Below, one piece after another: positions 37,837 to 48,023 of a stretch of DNA of 64,000 nucleotides. The position numbers and the translations under genes were made by a program. Every line of letters starts with the position of its first letter. Within the stretch, counting starts at the first letter, position 1. A model generated the notes under the pieces. It was not told where the DNA came from, ran no database searches, and worked only from the letters and a program-made list of their open reading frames with translations. This DNA comes from an uncultured Psychroflexus sp. (GTDB lineage Bacteria; Bacteroidota; Bacteroidia; Flavobacteriales; Flavobacteriaceae). The DNA is taken from contig CAJXLO010000002.1 in the NCBI GenBank assembly GCA_913056525.1, forward strand, positions 5,169 to 69,168, written 5' to 3'.

Positions 37837-39178
37837 AAAAATACTGTTCAGAAGGGTGGATAATTCTGCCTTGATCCTGTTCCGCGTATTCTTTGGGCTG
37901 CTCATCGCATTGGAATGTTGGGGAGCGATCCTTACCGGTTGGGTGCGGCGTATCCTCATAGAACCTGAGAAAACCTTTCATTTCATTGGCTTCGACTTTC
38001 TTCAGCCCTTACCCGGGAACATGATGTATTTCTATTATATCATTATGGGGCTTTTAGGCATCTTCATCATGATAGGGTTTTATTACAAATGGAGTACGGC
38101 TGTTTTCACCCTGATGTGGACAGCGACCTATTTAATGCAGAAGTCAGCCTACAACAATCATTATTACTTGCTCATCCTCATAGGTATTTTTATGCTCATC
38201 GTTCCGGCACATCGGTATTGGAGCTATGATACCAGGAAACGTCATTTATCGGAAAGCTATTCTATGCCGCAGTGGGTGAACATCTTCATCATTGCCCAAT
38301 TGTTCATCGTGTATGTATTTGCCAGTGTGGCCAAAATGTATCCGGATTGGCTTGACCTTACTGTCGCAGACACCTTGATGTATTATAAAAGGGACTATCC
38401 AATTATCGGGGAACTGCTTCAGGAGGAAGCTGTCTTGTATGTCATCGCTTATTTTGGTCTTATCTTCGACCTTCTGGTCGTGCCTTTGCTCCTATGGAAA
38501 AGGACACGGATGCCGGCATTCTTCCTAAGTCTGTTCTTTCATCTTTTCAACAGTATCATATTCGGTATCGGGATATTCCCTTATCTATCCCTTGCCTTTA
38601 TCCTGTTCTTCTTTCCACCGGATATCGTTCGAAGGAAGTTCAAGCTAAAGAAACCTTTTTATGATAAGAATGAAGTGGTCACCCCGAACTATTCACCGGT
38701 ATTGATGGGTTTTTTTGGGGTATGGTTCGTCTTGCAACTCGCCCTGCCGCTAAGACATCATTTTATTAAGGGGAATGTGCTCTGGACCGAGGAAGGACAT
38801 CGGATGAGCTGGCGGATGATGTTACGGGTCAAAAGGAGCATCCATCAGTTCAAAGTAGTGAACCTGAAGACCAGGAAGACAGAGTATATAGATAGTAGAG
38901 ACCATCTAACCCCAAAACAGAGGCGTAGTTTAAGTAAGCCGGACTTTATCTGGCAGTATGCCCGAATGATAGAAGAAGATTACGCCGGTAGAGGTATCCC
39001 GGTCGCGGTCTATGCCGATGTAAAAGTAAGTGTCAACGGTAGACCTTATTATCAACTGATCGATCCTACGCAGGACTTGACAAAGGTGGAATGGAACTAT
39101 TGCTTCCACAATGAATGGATTAAACCGCTCCCTGATGATTTTCATGATTCTTTATCCGTATCTTCAGAAGGTAGGTAG
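37823..39178 (+). CDS. HTTM-domain, vitamin K-dependent gamma-glutamyl carboxylase-like membrane protein
   Basis: LFRVFFG, YNNHYYL, AKMYPDWL, FHLFNS, IGIFPY, SWRMML and VSVNGRPYYQLIDP motifs. Confidence 0.88.
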   Translation: MKKLEKILFRRVDNSALILFRVFFGLLIALECWGAILTGWVRRILIEPEKTFHFIGFDFLQPLPGNMMYFYYIIMGLLGIFIMIGFYYKWSTAVFTLMWTATYLMQKSAYNNHYYLLILIGIFMLIVPAHRYWSYDTRKRHLSESYSMPQWVNIFIIAQLFIVYVFASVAKMYPDWLDLTVADTLMYYKRDYPIIGELLQEEAVLYVIAYFGLIFDLLVVPLLLWKRTRMPAFFLSLFFHLFNSIIFGIGIFPYLSLAFILFFFPPDIVRRKFKLKKPFYDKNEVVTPNYSPVLMGFFGVWFVLQLALPLRHHFIKGNVLWTEEGHRMSWRMMLRVKRSIHQFKVVNLKTRKTEYIDSRDHLTPKQRRSLSKPDFIWQYARMIEEDYAGRGIPVAVYADVKVSVNGRPYYQLIDPTQDLTKVEWNYCFHNEWIKPLPDDFHDSLSVSSEGR

Positions 39179-40386
39179 GCATCATACTCCGGATATAGAA
39201 AATTATTATAAGGATAGCGGGACAAATTGATGGACCTTACATGGTCATATATTTTATGCCTTAGTTCTTCAAAGTTCTCCTTTTCCGTTGCCGAAATGAA
39301 CACCACCTGATCGTTCCCGTGCTTGTTCATCCAGGTTCTTTTCCACTCCTCGATAGAAAAGTGCTTGCCTTGCCTTTCTTCCAGCAGGTCCGTCTCATCA
39401 TGCTCTGCCGCCTGATAGATGTCTATTTTATTAAACACGATGATCGTCGGTTTTTCATCGCATTTTATTTCGGTCAATGTCTTCTCCACGGATGCTTTGT
39501 GTTCTTCAAAATTAGGATGGGAGATGTCAATGACATGTACGAGAAGGTCTGCTTCACGCACTTCGTCCAGAGTGGACTTAAAGGACTCGATAAGCTGAGT
39601 AGGGAGTTTTCTTATAAAACCAACGGTATCGGTCAAAAGGAAAGGTAAGTTCCGGATCACTACCTTTCTGACCGTCGTATCCAGCGTAGCAAATAACTTG
39701 TTCTCCGCAAAGACCTCGCTCTTGCTGAGTCCGTTCATTAGTGAGGACTTCCCTACATTGGTATAGCCTACCAGCGCTACACGCACCAGACTCCCACGAT
39801 TACCGCGTTGTACCCCCATTTGTTTATCGATCTTGTCCAGTTTCTTTTTGAGCAGTGCGATCTTATCACGGACGATCCTTCTGTCTGTTTCTATCTCCGT
39901 CTCTCCAGGACCGCGCATTCCTATTCCGCCACGCTGACGTTCCAGGTGTGTCCAGAGACCTACTAGTCTAGGCAAGAGATATTCATACTGCGCCAGCTCA
40001 ACTTGCGTTCTGGCATAACTGGTGGTCGCTCGTTGGGCAAAGATGTCCAGGATAAGGTAAGTTCTATCGACCACCTTACATTTTAGCAGTTTTTCAATGT
40101 TCTTTTGCTGAGCTGGTGTCAGTTCGTCATCAAAAATAGCAGCGCCTACTTCATTTTCCTTGATGACCGTTCTTATTTCCTCGATCTTCCCAGACCCGAT
40201 AAAGGTTTTGGGATTGGGTTTGTCTAATTTTTGTTGAAACCTTTTGATCACTGCTCCGCCAGCGGTTTCCGCTAAAAAGGCCAGCTCGTTCAGGTATTCT
40301 TGCAGTAGCTCTTCATCTTGCTGCGGATAAATAACACCTATCAGTACGACCTTCTCATATTCTATTTGTTGTTTTTTCTCTAACAT
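39142..40386 (-). CDS. hflX: GTPase HflX
   Basis: ILDIFAQRA, RGPGETEIETDRR, GYTNVGKS, LFATLDT, DTVGFI and NKID motifs. Confidence 0.97.
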   Translation of the reverse strand: MLEKKQQIEYEKVVLIGVIYPQQDEELLQEYLNELAFLAETAGGAVIKRFQQKLDKPNPKTFIGSGKIEEIRTVIKENEVGAAIFDDELTPAQQKNIEKLLKCKVVDRTYLILDIFAQRATTSYARTQVELAQYEYLLPRLVGLWTHLERQRGGIGMRGPGETEIETDRRIVRDKIALLKKKLDKIDKQMGVQRGNRGSLVRVALVGYTNVGKSSLMNGLSKSEVFAENKLFATLDTTVRKVVIRNLPFLLTDTVGFIRKLPTQLIESFKSTLDEVREADLLVHVIDISHPNFEEHKASVEKTLTEIKCDEKPTIIVFNKIDIYQAAEHDETDLLEERQGKHFSIEEWKRTWMNKHGNDQVVFISATEKENFEELRHKIYDHVRSINLSRYPYNNFLYPEYDAYLPSEDTDKES

Positions 40387-40531
40387 GTTCTTATTGAACT
40401 ACGAATATAACCACTTTAGATCAATTCATGGGCATGAACGAGCCTTTTTCGGTCAGATGGTCTAACACCTAATATTTTAACATCTACATACTTAAACTTT
40501 TTTTTATATTCACGCCATAAAAATTAACTAG

Positions 40532-43500
40532 ATGTTAAAATACCTACTTTATTCGGTCGTTTTATGTTCTTGTTTAACGGTTTTCGGGCAAAATCCAATA
40601 ACAGTGGATTGTTCAATTGGCCCTGAGAATGTCAATTTTTGTTATACGAATGATCAAACCGAAGAGTATACCTTTGTCAGTTCTGATGGTTCCAGTATCA
40701 ATCTGAACGTGAACTCAGGTGATGTAGAAGAGAACTTTGATGAGTTCATCGTCCTTGATTCAGATGGGACTGAACTCTATAACGGATATGGTAATGGCGG
40801 TGACCTGGCAGGATTGACCTTTCAATCTACCGGAGATGAGATAACCGTCCAGGTAACATCAGACTTTTCCATTAATTGTCAAGATCAAAACGACATCGAC
40901 CCGATAGATATCACAGCTAGTTGTGCAACTTGCACGAATCCGGATGTGGACTATACCCTGGAGTCAGATTGCCTGAACGCACCGCAATACTTCATAGATG
41001 CCGATGTTGTCGATCTGGGAAGTGCTGCCAGTTTGACGATCACAGATGATCAGGGAAGTACGCCGCAAACCGTCAATGCTACCGGTGTGGTAACCTTTGG
41101 CCCTTACCCTAACGGAACCGATGTTCAGCTTACGGCGCAGAATGATCAGGATGTCAATTGCTCAGCGACCTCACAAGTATTCTCTCAGGAAAACTGTACA
41201 GAAAACCTTGTGGACTGTAGTGCCGGACCGGTCAATATCAATTTTTGTTATAGCAGCGGTCAGCTTGCGGAATATAGCTTTGTCAGTTCTGATGGTTCCA
41301 GTATCAATCTGAATGTGAACTCAGGTGATGTAGAAGAGAACTTTGATGAGTTCATCGTCTTGGATTCAGATGGAACAGAGCTGTATAACGGCTATGGAAA
41401 TGGTGGTGACATCAGTGGCTTGACATTTCAGTCGACCGGCGACGAGATCACCGTCCAGGTTGATGCTGATGGTTCGATAGATTGTCAGGGTCAGGCGGAC
41501 ATCGATCCGATTGATATCACGGCCAGTTGTGCAACTTGCGCTAATCCGGATGTGGACTACGATGTCGTAGCTAATTGCACGGATAATGATGAGGAATTTA
41601 GTGTGGATGTAATCGTTAATGACCTGGGAAGTGCATCAGCAGTTGAGGTTACCACAAATCAGGGAGGTGGACTGATAACGGTTGACAATACACCTCAAAC
41701 GCTGACCTTTGGCCCTTTTGACCTGGGCACGAACGTAGTAGTGACCACTGAAAACGTTGATGACCAGAATTGTATCGTTACCAGCCCTTCATTGTCAAAA
41801 CAGACATGTGGATGTCAGGGGAGCCAGCCTTTTTGTGCGCCTGATGTTGGAGAGGCGCTAATCTTCCCTAACGTTGATGACTCCAGCGATGCAGAAGCTG
41901 ATCCCAACTTAAGCAATTATGGTTGTTTAGGAACGCAACCTAATCCTGTATGGTACTTTTTACAGGTTGAAGATTCAGGGGAACTTATTTTTGAAATAGT
42001 ACAAAACACCCAATTCGACGATAATGGAAACCCAACAGGAACTCCGCTGGACGTTGATTTTATGGCCTGGGGACCTTTTGATGATACCGATTATTGTAAC
42101 GACCTGGATAGCTGTACGGCCTGTAATAGCAACACCTTTGATGACGATTATCCGTATGGGAACGTGGTGGATTGTAGCTATTCAGCAGCTCCAGTGGAGA
42201 CCTTTACCATCCCTAACGCTCAAGAAGGGGAGATCTATGCTGTGCTGATTACCAACTTTGCTGGAGACCCCGGTTTTATCAGTTTAGGACAGACCAATGA
42301 AGGCGACCCAAGCAGCGGTTCCACCGATTGTGACATAGTTACAACGACCTTCGTTACCGCCTGTGAAGTGGATGGCGGCACAACATTAAATGCATCCAGT
42401 GATAATGCCCAGGGATATCAATGGCTGGAATATAATGCCGCGACCGATACTTTCAACCCGATAACCGGCGCGGACCAGAGCAGTTTTACAGTTGATCAGA
42501 CCGGTTTATATCAGGTACAATGGTTAGATGACAACCTGGACATCAATACAGAAGACTTTGATGTGACCATTATCCCTGAACCCCAGATCGACGATCAGAC
42601 CCAGGCCTTATGTAACAATCAAACCGCTATTGACCTTGATGCAACGCCTGCTAACACCTCAGATTATGAATCCATTGCTTATCAGTGGTTTAACAATGGC
42701 AACCCGATAAACGGCGAAACACAAAGTACATTGACCGTTACTCAACCCGATGATTACTCCGTAGAAATAACAACAACCAACACGAACCAGGATACGGATG
42801 AAACCGTGAATTGCCCAAAGACCGTTAATTTCACGGTTACAGATGCCAGTTTTTCCATTGACCTGGGTGGTGATCAGACCTTCTGTGATGATCAGCCTCA
42901 AACCATCACGCCTAGCATTCAGGGAGAAGACGACACGAACGCTTCTTATTCCTGGAATACAGGTGAAGATACGGCGAGCATCCAGGTGAGTCAAAGTGGT
43001 ACGTACACATTGACGGCTACTATCAATGGATGTGATGTAACACAAAGCGTGGACTATCTGTTCAGCCCTGAACCTGAAGTCGACCTGGGAGCGGATAATT
43101 CGGTCTGTGAAAATGAAACACTGGCCCTGGAAGCCACGCCGACCAATGCATCGGATTATGATTCCATAGATTATCAATGGTCGCAGAACGGTAGTGTGCT
43201 CAGTGGAGAAACAAACGCAAGCTTGAATGTAGATCAACCGGCAAACTATAGTGTAGAAATTACCACGACTAATTCTAATGCTGCAGGTCAATCGCAAACT
43301 TGCACCTATACTTTTGATACGACCGTAGATGGCGCATTGTTCTCTGTTGACCTTGGCAATGATGAAACGTTCTGTGATGCAGATCCGCAAACCATCACCG
43401 CTCAGGTTATTGATGCAGATGCCGCCAACGCTGATTTCTCCTGGAGTACTGGAGATACCACACAAAGCATCGATGTGTCTGAAACGAACATTTATACGGT

Positions 43501-44371
43501 AACGGTGACCGTGAACGGATGTTCTGTTACGCAAAGCGTTGAGTATATTTTCAATGAATCACCAGAGTTTGATCTTGGGGATGATATCCAAACCTGTGAC
43601 CTTGCTTCCATCACCTTAGATGCCACACCGGCAAATTTCGACCCTATGATGACAATATTCGAGTGGAGAAAAGACGGAACGCTATTACCAGCCGAGATTA
43701 ACGCAACCCTCGACCCTGCAGATCATGGTTTTGGAAATTACGAAGTGACCGCTTATAGCGACGATGAGAATTGTGCTACGACCCAGACGATCAATATTTC
43801 GGAAAGAGATGATATAGCAGTTTCCATCAGTACAGATGATGTGGACAACTTGTTCTGTGGTGGTGAGATTGTGAACTTATCGGCTGAATTGACCAATGCA
43901 TCATTAGCAGAGGCGGAGTTGGAATGGTTAGTGAACGGAAATGTACAAGAAGATGAGGATACAGGAACCTTTAGCTATGAAACTTCGGAAGGAGCCGATG
44001 CAGAGAACGTAGAGGTGGTTGTTACCATTGGCGGTAATTGTACGGTTTCCGCTACTGTCAGCCTGGATAAGTACGATGTGGATAACTGTACCATCTCCCA
44101 GGGTATATCGCCTAATAATGATGGACAGAACGATGAGCTAGATCTAAGGTTCTTGGATGACAGGAGTGGCATTAAAAGCTTTGAAATATATGATAGATAT
44201 GGAAGTTCTGTCTACGAAAAGAAGAATTACAGGAACGAGTTCATAGGGCAGAACGATGATGGAGATAGACTAAGGACGGGAACTTATTTCTATGTGATAA
44301 AATTTGAAGAGGAAGATCCGCTTTATGGTAGAAGCCATACAGGATGGATATACATCAATCAGGAACAATGA
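40532..44371 (+). CDS. Large T9SS type-B CTD (gliding-motility-associated C-terminal domain) adhesin-like protein with internal repeats
   Basis: Signal peptide, duplicated Cys-containing N-terminal module, Ig-like repeats (DLGxD..C; YQW; YSVEIT), and C-terminal QGISPNNDGQND...IYDRYG...GTYFY...GWIYI. Confidence 0.9.
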   Translation: MLKYLLYSVVLCSCLTVFGQNPITVDCSIGPENVNFCYTNDQTEEYTFVSSDGSSINLNVNSGDVEENFDEFIVLDSDGTELYNGYGNGGDLAGLTFQSTGDEITVQVTSDFSINCQDQNDIDPIDITASCATCTNPDVDYTLESDCLNAPQYFIDADVVDLGSAASLTITDDQGSTPQTVNATGVVTFGPYPNGTDVQLTAQNDQDVNCSATSQVFSQENCTENLVDCSAGPVNINFCYSSGQLAEYSFVSSDGSSINLNVNSGDVEENFDEFIVLDSDGTELYNGYGNGGDISGLTFQSTGDEITVQVDADGSIDCQGQADIDPIDITASCATCANPDVDYDVVANCTDNDEEFSVDVIVNDLGSASAVEVTTNQGGGLITVDNTPQTLTFGPFDLGTNVVVTTENVDDQNCIVTSPSLSKQTCGCQGSQPFCAPDVGEALIFPNVDDSSDAEADPNLSNYGCLGTQPNPVWYFLQVEDSGELIFEIVQNTQFDDNGNPTGTPLDVDFMAWGPFDDTDYCNDLDSCTACNSNTFDDDYPYGNVVDCSYSAAPVETFTIPNAQEGEIYAVLITNFAGDPGFISLGQTNEGDPSSGSTDCDIVTTTFVTACEVDGGTTLNASSDNAQGYQWLEYNAATDTFNPITGADQSSFTVDQTGLYQVQWLDDNLDINTEDFDVTIIPEPQIDDQTQALCNNQTAIDLDATPANTSDYESIAYQWFNNGNPINGETQSTLTVTQPDDYSVEITTTNTNQDTDETVNCPKTVNFTVTDASFSIDLGGDQTFCDDQPQTITPSIQGEDDTNASYSWNTGEDTASIQVSQSGTYTLTATINGCDVTQSVDYLFSPEPEVDLGADNSVCENETLALEATPTNASDYDSIDYQWSQNGSVLSGETNASLNVDQPANYSVEITTTNSNAAGQSQTCTYTFDTTVDGALFSVDLGNDETFCDADPQTITAQVIDADAANADFSWSTGDTTQSIDVSETNIYTVTVTVNGCSVTQSVEYIFNESPEFDLGDDIQTCDLASITLDATPANFDPMMTIFEWRKDGTLLPAEINATLDPADHGFGNYEVTAYSDDENCATTQTINISERDDIAVSISTDDVDNLFCGGEIVNLSAELTNASLAEAELEWLVNGNVQEDEDTGTFSYETSEGADAENVEVVVTIGGNCTVSATVSLDKYDVDNCTISQGISPNNDGQNDELDLRFLDDRSGIKSFEIYDRYGSSVYEKKNYRNEFIGQNDDGDRLRTGTYFYVIKFEEEDPLYGRSHTGWIYINQEQ
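40604..41815 (+). repeat. Intragenic tandem duplication with 606-bp (202-aa) period
   Basis: 40672-40753 and 41278-41359 are identical except for one C/T difference. The protein repeat VDCS.GP.N.NFCY...SCATC.NPDVDY occurs twice. Confidence 0.92.
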
Positions 44372-44434
44372 TCAAAATATTATTGATTTCCTATTAAAAT
44401 AATTAGTTTTACAAATTAAAACAACTTTAACATT

Positions 44435-47056
44435 ATGTCGAATAATACACCATTAATGCTCATTCTTTTTGGCTTATTTCCTTTTTTGGCAATGAGTCAA
44501 ACTATTACTGTTGATGATACACAAACCCTTGATCAATTGGTTGATGGAATCTTAGTAACTGGTGACTGCGCAGAAGTTAATAACATTACATCACCTAATA
44601 ATAGTGCTGATAGTGGACTAGGATATGAAAGCTATGGCTCTTTTGATGCAACTAATGCTAACTTTCCTTTTGATGATGGCTTAGTTCTTACAACAAAAGA
44701 AGTTACTGGGATACCAGATGATACAGGAATGGGCGGCACTAATCCACCCTGGGGTGGAGATGCTGATCTAGATGAACTTATAATAACACCAGGAGACGAT
44801 ACGAATAATGCTACGGTCATAGAGTTTGATTTTATTCCATTTGTGGATGAGATAAATTTCAATTATTTCCTCGCCTCTGATGAATGGCCAGTTTTTGTAT
44901 GTGACTATGCTGATACATTTGCTTTTATTCTTTCAGGGCCTGGCATATCAGACATAAATTCCTATGACCATGATGCAAACCCGAACACACCTGATATACA
45001 AGCAGATATGGGCGGATTGAATATTGCTACTATACCAGGAACTAATATCCCGGTCAGTGTTGTTAATATTCACCTTGATGATGATTGTGACCCTGGAGAA
45101 TTAGGAGAGTTTGCTGTTCCTCAATTATACGACAACACGTTTAGTGGGAATGGTGCTACACAATTCAACGGTCAAACTGAGCCATTAACGGCGAGTGCCA
45201 CAGTAATCCCTGGAGAGACCTATCAAATTAAATTAGTTATCGCTGATAGGAACGATGCAGCATTTGACTCTGCGGTCTTCATTGAAGGCAGTAGCTTTGA
45301 TTTAGGAGAAGTTGATCTAGGCCCAGATATTACCTTAGGCTCTGACGAGGCTGTTTGTGAAGGAGATACCATAACACTTGACGCCGGCCCAGGAGGAACT
45401 AACACGACATATACATGGTTTAAAGATTTTCAAGAGATACCGGGAGAGAACGGTCAGTTCCTGGATGTAACTGAGAGTGGAACCTATAGTGTTGCCGTGG
45501 CTTTTTCTCTGGACTGTTTACAGACAGACTCCATTACAGTAGAGTTTTTCCCAGAGCCTGAAGTGCCAACTGGAGAGACCGTTGAGCTATGTGCGGGTGG
45601 CACGGTAACACTTGATGGGACCCCAACCAACCTATCTGACATCGTGAATCCTCAATATCAATGGTCCAAAGATGGCACTGTTATAAATGGTGCTACGAAC
45701 CCAACACTTGACGTGGATGAAGCTGGAGACTACGAGATCGAAGTGAATGCAGAGGCCTGTACGAACATAACCGGTAATTTCACCGTAGATCTGATCGACT
45801 ATCAAGTAGATATCGTACAACCAGGACAAAATTGTGTAGACACAGGTCAAACCCTGGAAGTTTCAGCGGATGTGACCGGACTTTCCAATGCACAGCAAAG
45901 TAATCTGGACTATGAATGGACATTCGATGGAAATACGGAGAACACTGAGAGCATTCAACTGGGAAGCACGCAAAATGTCACATTGACCACGACCATTAAC
46001 GGTTGTGAACAAACTACTACGGAAACAATAGAAGTCTATACCAACCCAGAAGTGCCTTCTCTTGGGAGTTCGATCATCTGTCCAGGCGACACGAGCAACT
46101 TAAATGCCACACCGGACAATGCATCCGCTCTTGCGGACACCAACTATACATGGTTCCAGGATGGAGCTGAGCTCGTCGGTGAGAACAATGCTGTTCTTCA
46201 GATAGACGAAAGTGGCAATTATGAGGTAGAAGTAGATAATAATGGCTGTACAACAACACGGTCGATCGATGTAGACCTAATTGATTACACGCTCGACCTT
46301 GGCACGGATGTCACCGCTTGCACGGATGTCGGCGGTTCAAACAGTTTCGAGATCGTTCCACAGATAAGTGGCATCCCCGATTCAGATCTTGATCAGGTCG
46401 ATTATGACTGGAGCAGTGGAGAAACCTCAGGATCGATCGTAGTAGATGCTAACGGAACGTATTCACTAACGACCACCTATCAGGGTTGTACGCAGACGGA
46501 TGAAGTACAGGTGACTTTCATTCAGTCCCTGGCCGTAGACCTAGGGGATGATTTTAAATCTTGCTTCACCGACCAGGTTACGCTCACAACAGGATTGCCC
46601 AATGACGATCCAGATGTCAGCTTTAGCTGGTCAAAGGATGGAAATGTATTGTCCGATGAAACCTCAAGCAGTCTAAACATACAGGAAGCAGGAACTTATG
46701 CGGTTGAAGTGAACAATCAAGGCTGTATAAGTAATGCCATGGTGAACGTAACCGGATACGATGTAGATAATTGTACGATAACCCAAGGTCTATCCCCTAA
46801 TGAGGACGGCCTTAACGATTGTTTGGACCTGACCTTTCTCAATGATAGGACAGGAATAGATAATGTGCAGATATTCAATCGCTATGGGAGAAAGGTCTTT
46901 GAGTCCAATAGTTACGTTGATCAATTCTGTGGTCAGGACGATGATGGAGATAAACTGACCACCGGGACCTATTTCTATGTGATCAAGTTATCAGAAGAAG
47001 ATGATCAATTCGGCAATGTGGCCAAAGGTTATATCTATATAAGCGAAGAACAATAA
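44435..47056 (+). CDS. Choice-of-anchor-L-like protein with Ig-like repeats and T9SS type-B CTD
   Basis: GLVLTT, ATVIEFDF, FNYFLASDE, DTFAFILSGPG and KLVIADRNDAAFDSAVFI motifs; C-terminal QGLSPNEDGLND...IFNRYG...GTYFY. Confidence 0.88.
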   Translation: MSNNTPLMLILFGLFPFLAMSQTITVDDTQTLDQLVDGILVTGDCAEVNNITSPNNSADSGLGYESYGSFDATNANFPFDDGLVLTTKEVTGIPDDTGMGGTNPPWGGDADLDELIITPGDDTNNATVIEFDFIPFVDEINFNYFLASDEWPVFVCDYADTFAFILSGPGISDINSYDHDANPNTPDIQADMGGLNIATIPGTNIPVSVVNIHLDDDCDPGELGEFAVPQLYDNTFSGNGATQFNGQTEPLTASATVIPGETYQIKLVIADRNDAAFDSAVFIEGSSFDLGEVDLGPDITLGSDEAVCEGDTITLDAGPGGTNTTYTWFKDFQEIPGENGQFLDVTESGTYSVAVAFSLDCLQTDSITVEFFPEPEVPTGETVELCAGGTVTLDGTPTNLSDIVNPQYQWSKDGTVINGATNPTLDVDEAGDYEIEVNAEACTNITGNFTVDLIDYQVDIVQPGQNCVDTGQTLEVSADVTGLSNAQQSNLDYEWTFDGNTENTESIQLGSTQNVTLTTTINGCEQTTTETIEVYTNPEVPSLGSSIICPGDTSNLNATPDNASALADTNYTWFQDGAELVGENNAVLQIDESGNYEVEVDNNGCTTTRSIDVDLIDYTLDLGTDVTACTDVGGSNSFEIVPQISGIPDSDLDQVDYDWSSGETSGSIVVDANGTYSLTTTYQGCTQTDEVQVTFIQSLAVDLGDDFKSCFTDQVTLTTGLPNDDPDVSFSWSKDGNVLSDETSSSLNIQEAGTYAVEVNNQGCISNAMVNVTGYDVDNCTITQGLSPNEDGLNDCLDLTFLNDRTGIDNVQIFNRYGRKVFESNSYVDQFCGQDDDGDKLTTGTYFYVIKLSEEDDQFGNVAKGYIYISEEQ

Positions 47057-47089
47057 ACCCCTACAAAAATTCAGTAAAAATAATATCCA

Positions 47090-48001
47090 ATGAGAAATAG
47101 CTATTTAATCCTGGGATGCTTACTTATAGCATTGTTCTATAATGAGATCGCGTATTCCCAACAAGACCCCCAATATACACAATATATGTATAATATGAAC
47201 GTGGTTAATCCAGCTTATGCAGGGTCTAAAGAGAGTCTTTCCATCACGACCTTGTTCAGGGACCAATGGACAGGGATAGAAGGTTCACCGCGAACGTTCA
47301 CCTTATCTGGGCACTCACCGGTCGGTAACGGATTAGGTCTGGGTTTTTCAGCGATCAATGATGAGATAGGTCCAGTAGAAGAGACCAATGCCTATGCGGA
47401 TGTATCCTATACCATAGACTTTGCCAACGACCACCATTTGGCCTTTGGCGTTAAAGCTGGAGCAACTTTTCAGGACGTAGGATTGCTTGATCTTCAGTTA
47501 CAGGATTTCAATGACGTGGCTTTTAGTGAGAACGTAAGTGAGACGTTCTTTAATGTAGGAGCTGGACTCTTCTATTATACCGACAACTGGTATGTGAGCT
47601 TATCAGTCCCAAATTTCCTAAGTGCATCTTATCTGGATGTGAACGGAAGAGAGTTTGGTACGGAAGAGCAGCATTTTTTTGCTACGGCAGGATATGTTTT
47701 CCAGCTGAACCAGGATATCAAGTTTAAGCCTTCGGTATTCGTTAAATCAGAATTCAATTCGATCGTTTCCTATGATGTGAACGCAAACTTCTTGTTCTAT
47801 GAAAAGTTCGAAGTCGGAGCATCCTACAGGGCAGAGGATTCATTCAGCGGACTTGTCGGTTTTAGACCAACCGATTGGGTACAAGTAGGTTTTGCCTATG
47901 ATTCCTCTGTAAGTGATATAAACGAACCTTCCTATGAAGCTTTCGTTACTTTTAATATATTATTCAAGAAAAAAACCTATCTATCACCTAGATATTTCTA
48001 A
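47090..48001 (+). CDS. T9SS membrane protein, PorP/SprF family
   Basis: QQDPQYTQYMYN..VNPAYAG, RDQW.GIEGSP and GFAYD motifs; follows type-B CTD genes. Confidence 0.93.
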   Translation: MRNSYLILGCLLIALFYNEIAYSQQDPQYTQYMYNMNVVNPAYAGSKESLSITTLFRDQWTGIEGSPRTFTLSGHSPVGNGLGLGFSAINDEIGPVEETNAYADVSYTIDFANDHHLAFGVKAGATFQDVGLLDLQLQDFNDVAFSENVSETFFNVGAGLFYYTDNWYVSLSVPNFLSASYLDVNGREFGTEEQHFFATAGYVFQLNQDIKFKPSVFVKSEFNSIVSYDVNANFLFYEKFEVGASYRAEDSFSGLVGFRPTDWVQVGFAYDSSVSDINEPSYEAFVTFNILFKKKTYLSPRYF

Positions 48002-48023
48002 TATGAACGCACAAAAAAATACT

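Noticed and set aside
42659-43534. 291-aa minus-strand ORF
   Set aside because: Antisense to the adhesin gene with no recognisable motifs; explained by codon bias of the sense gene.
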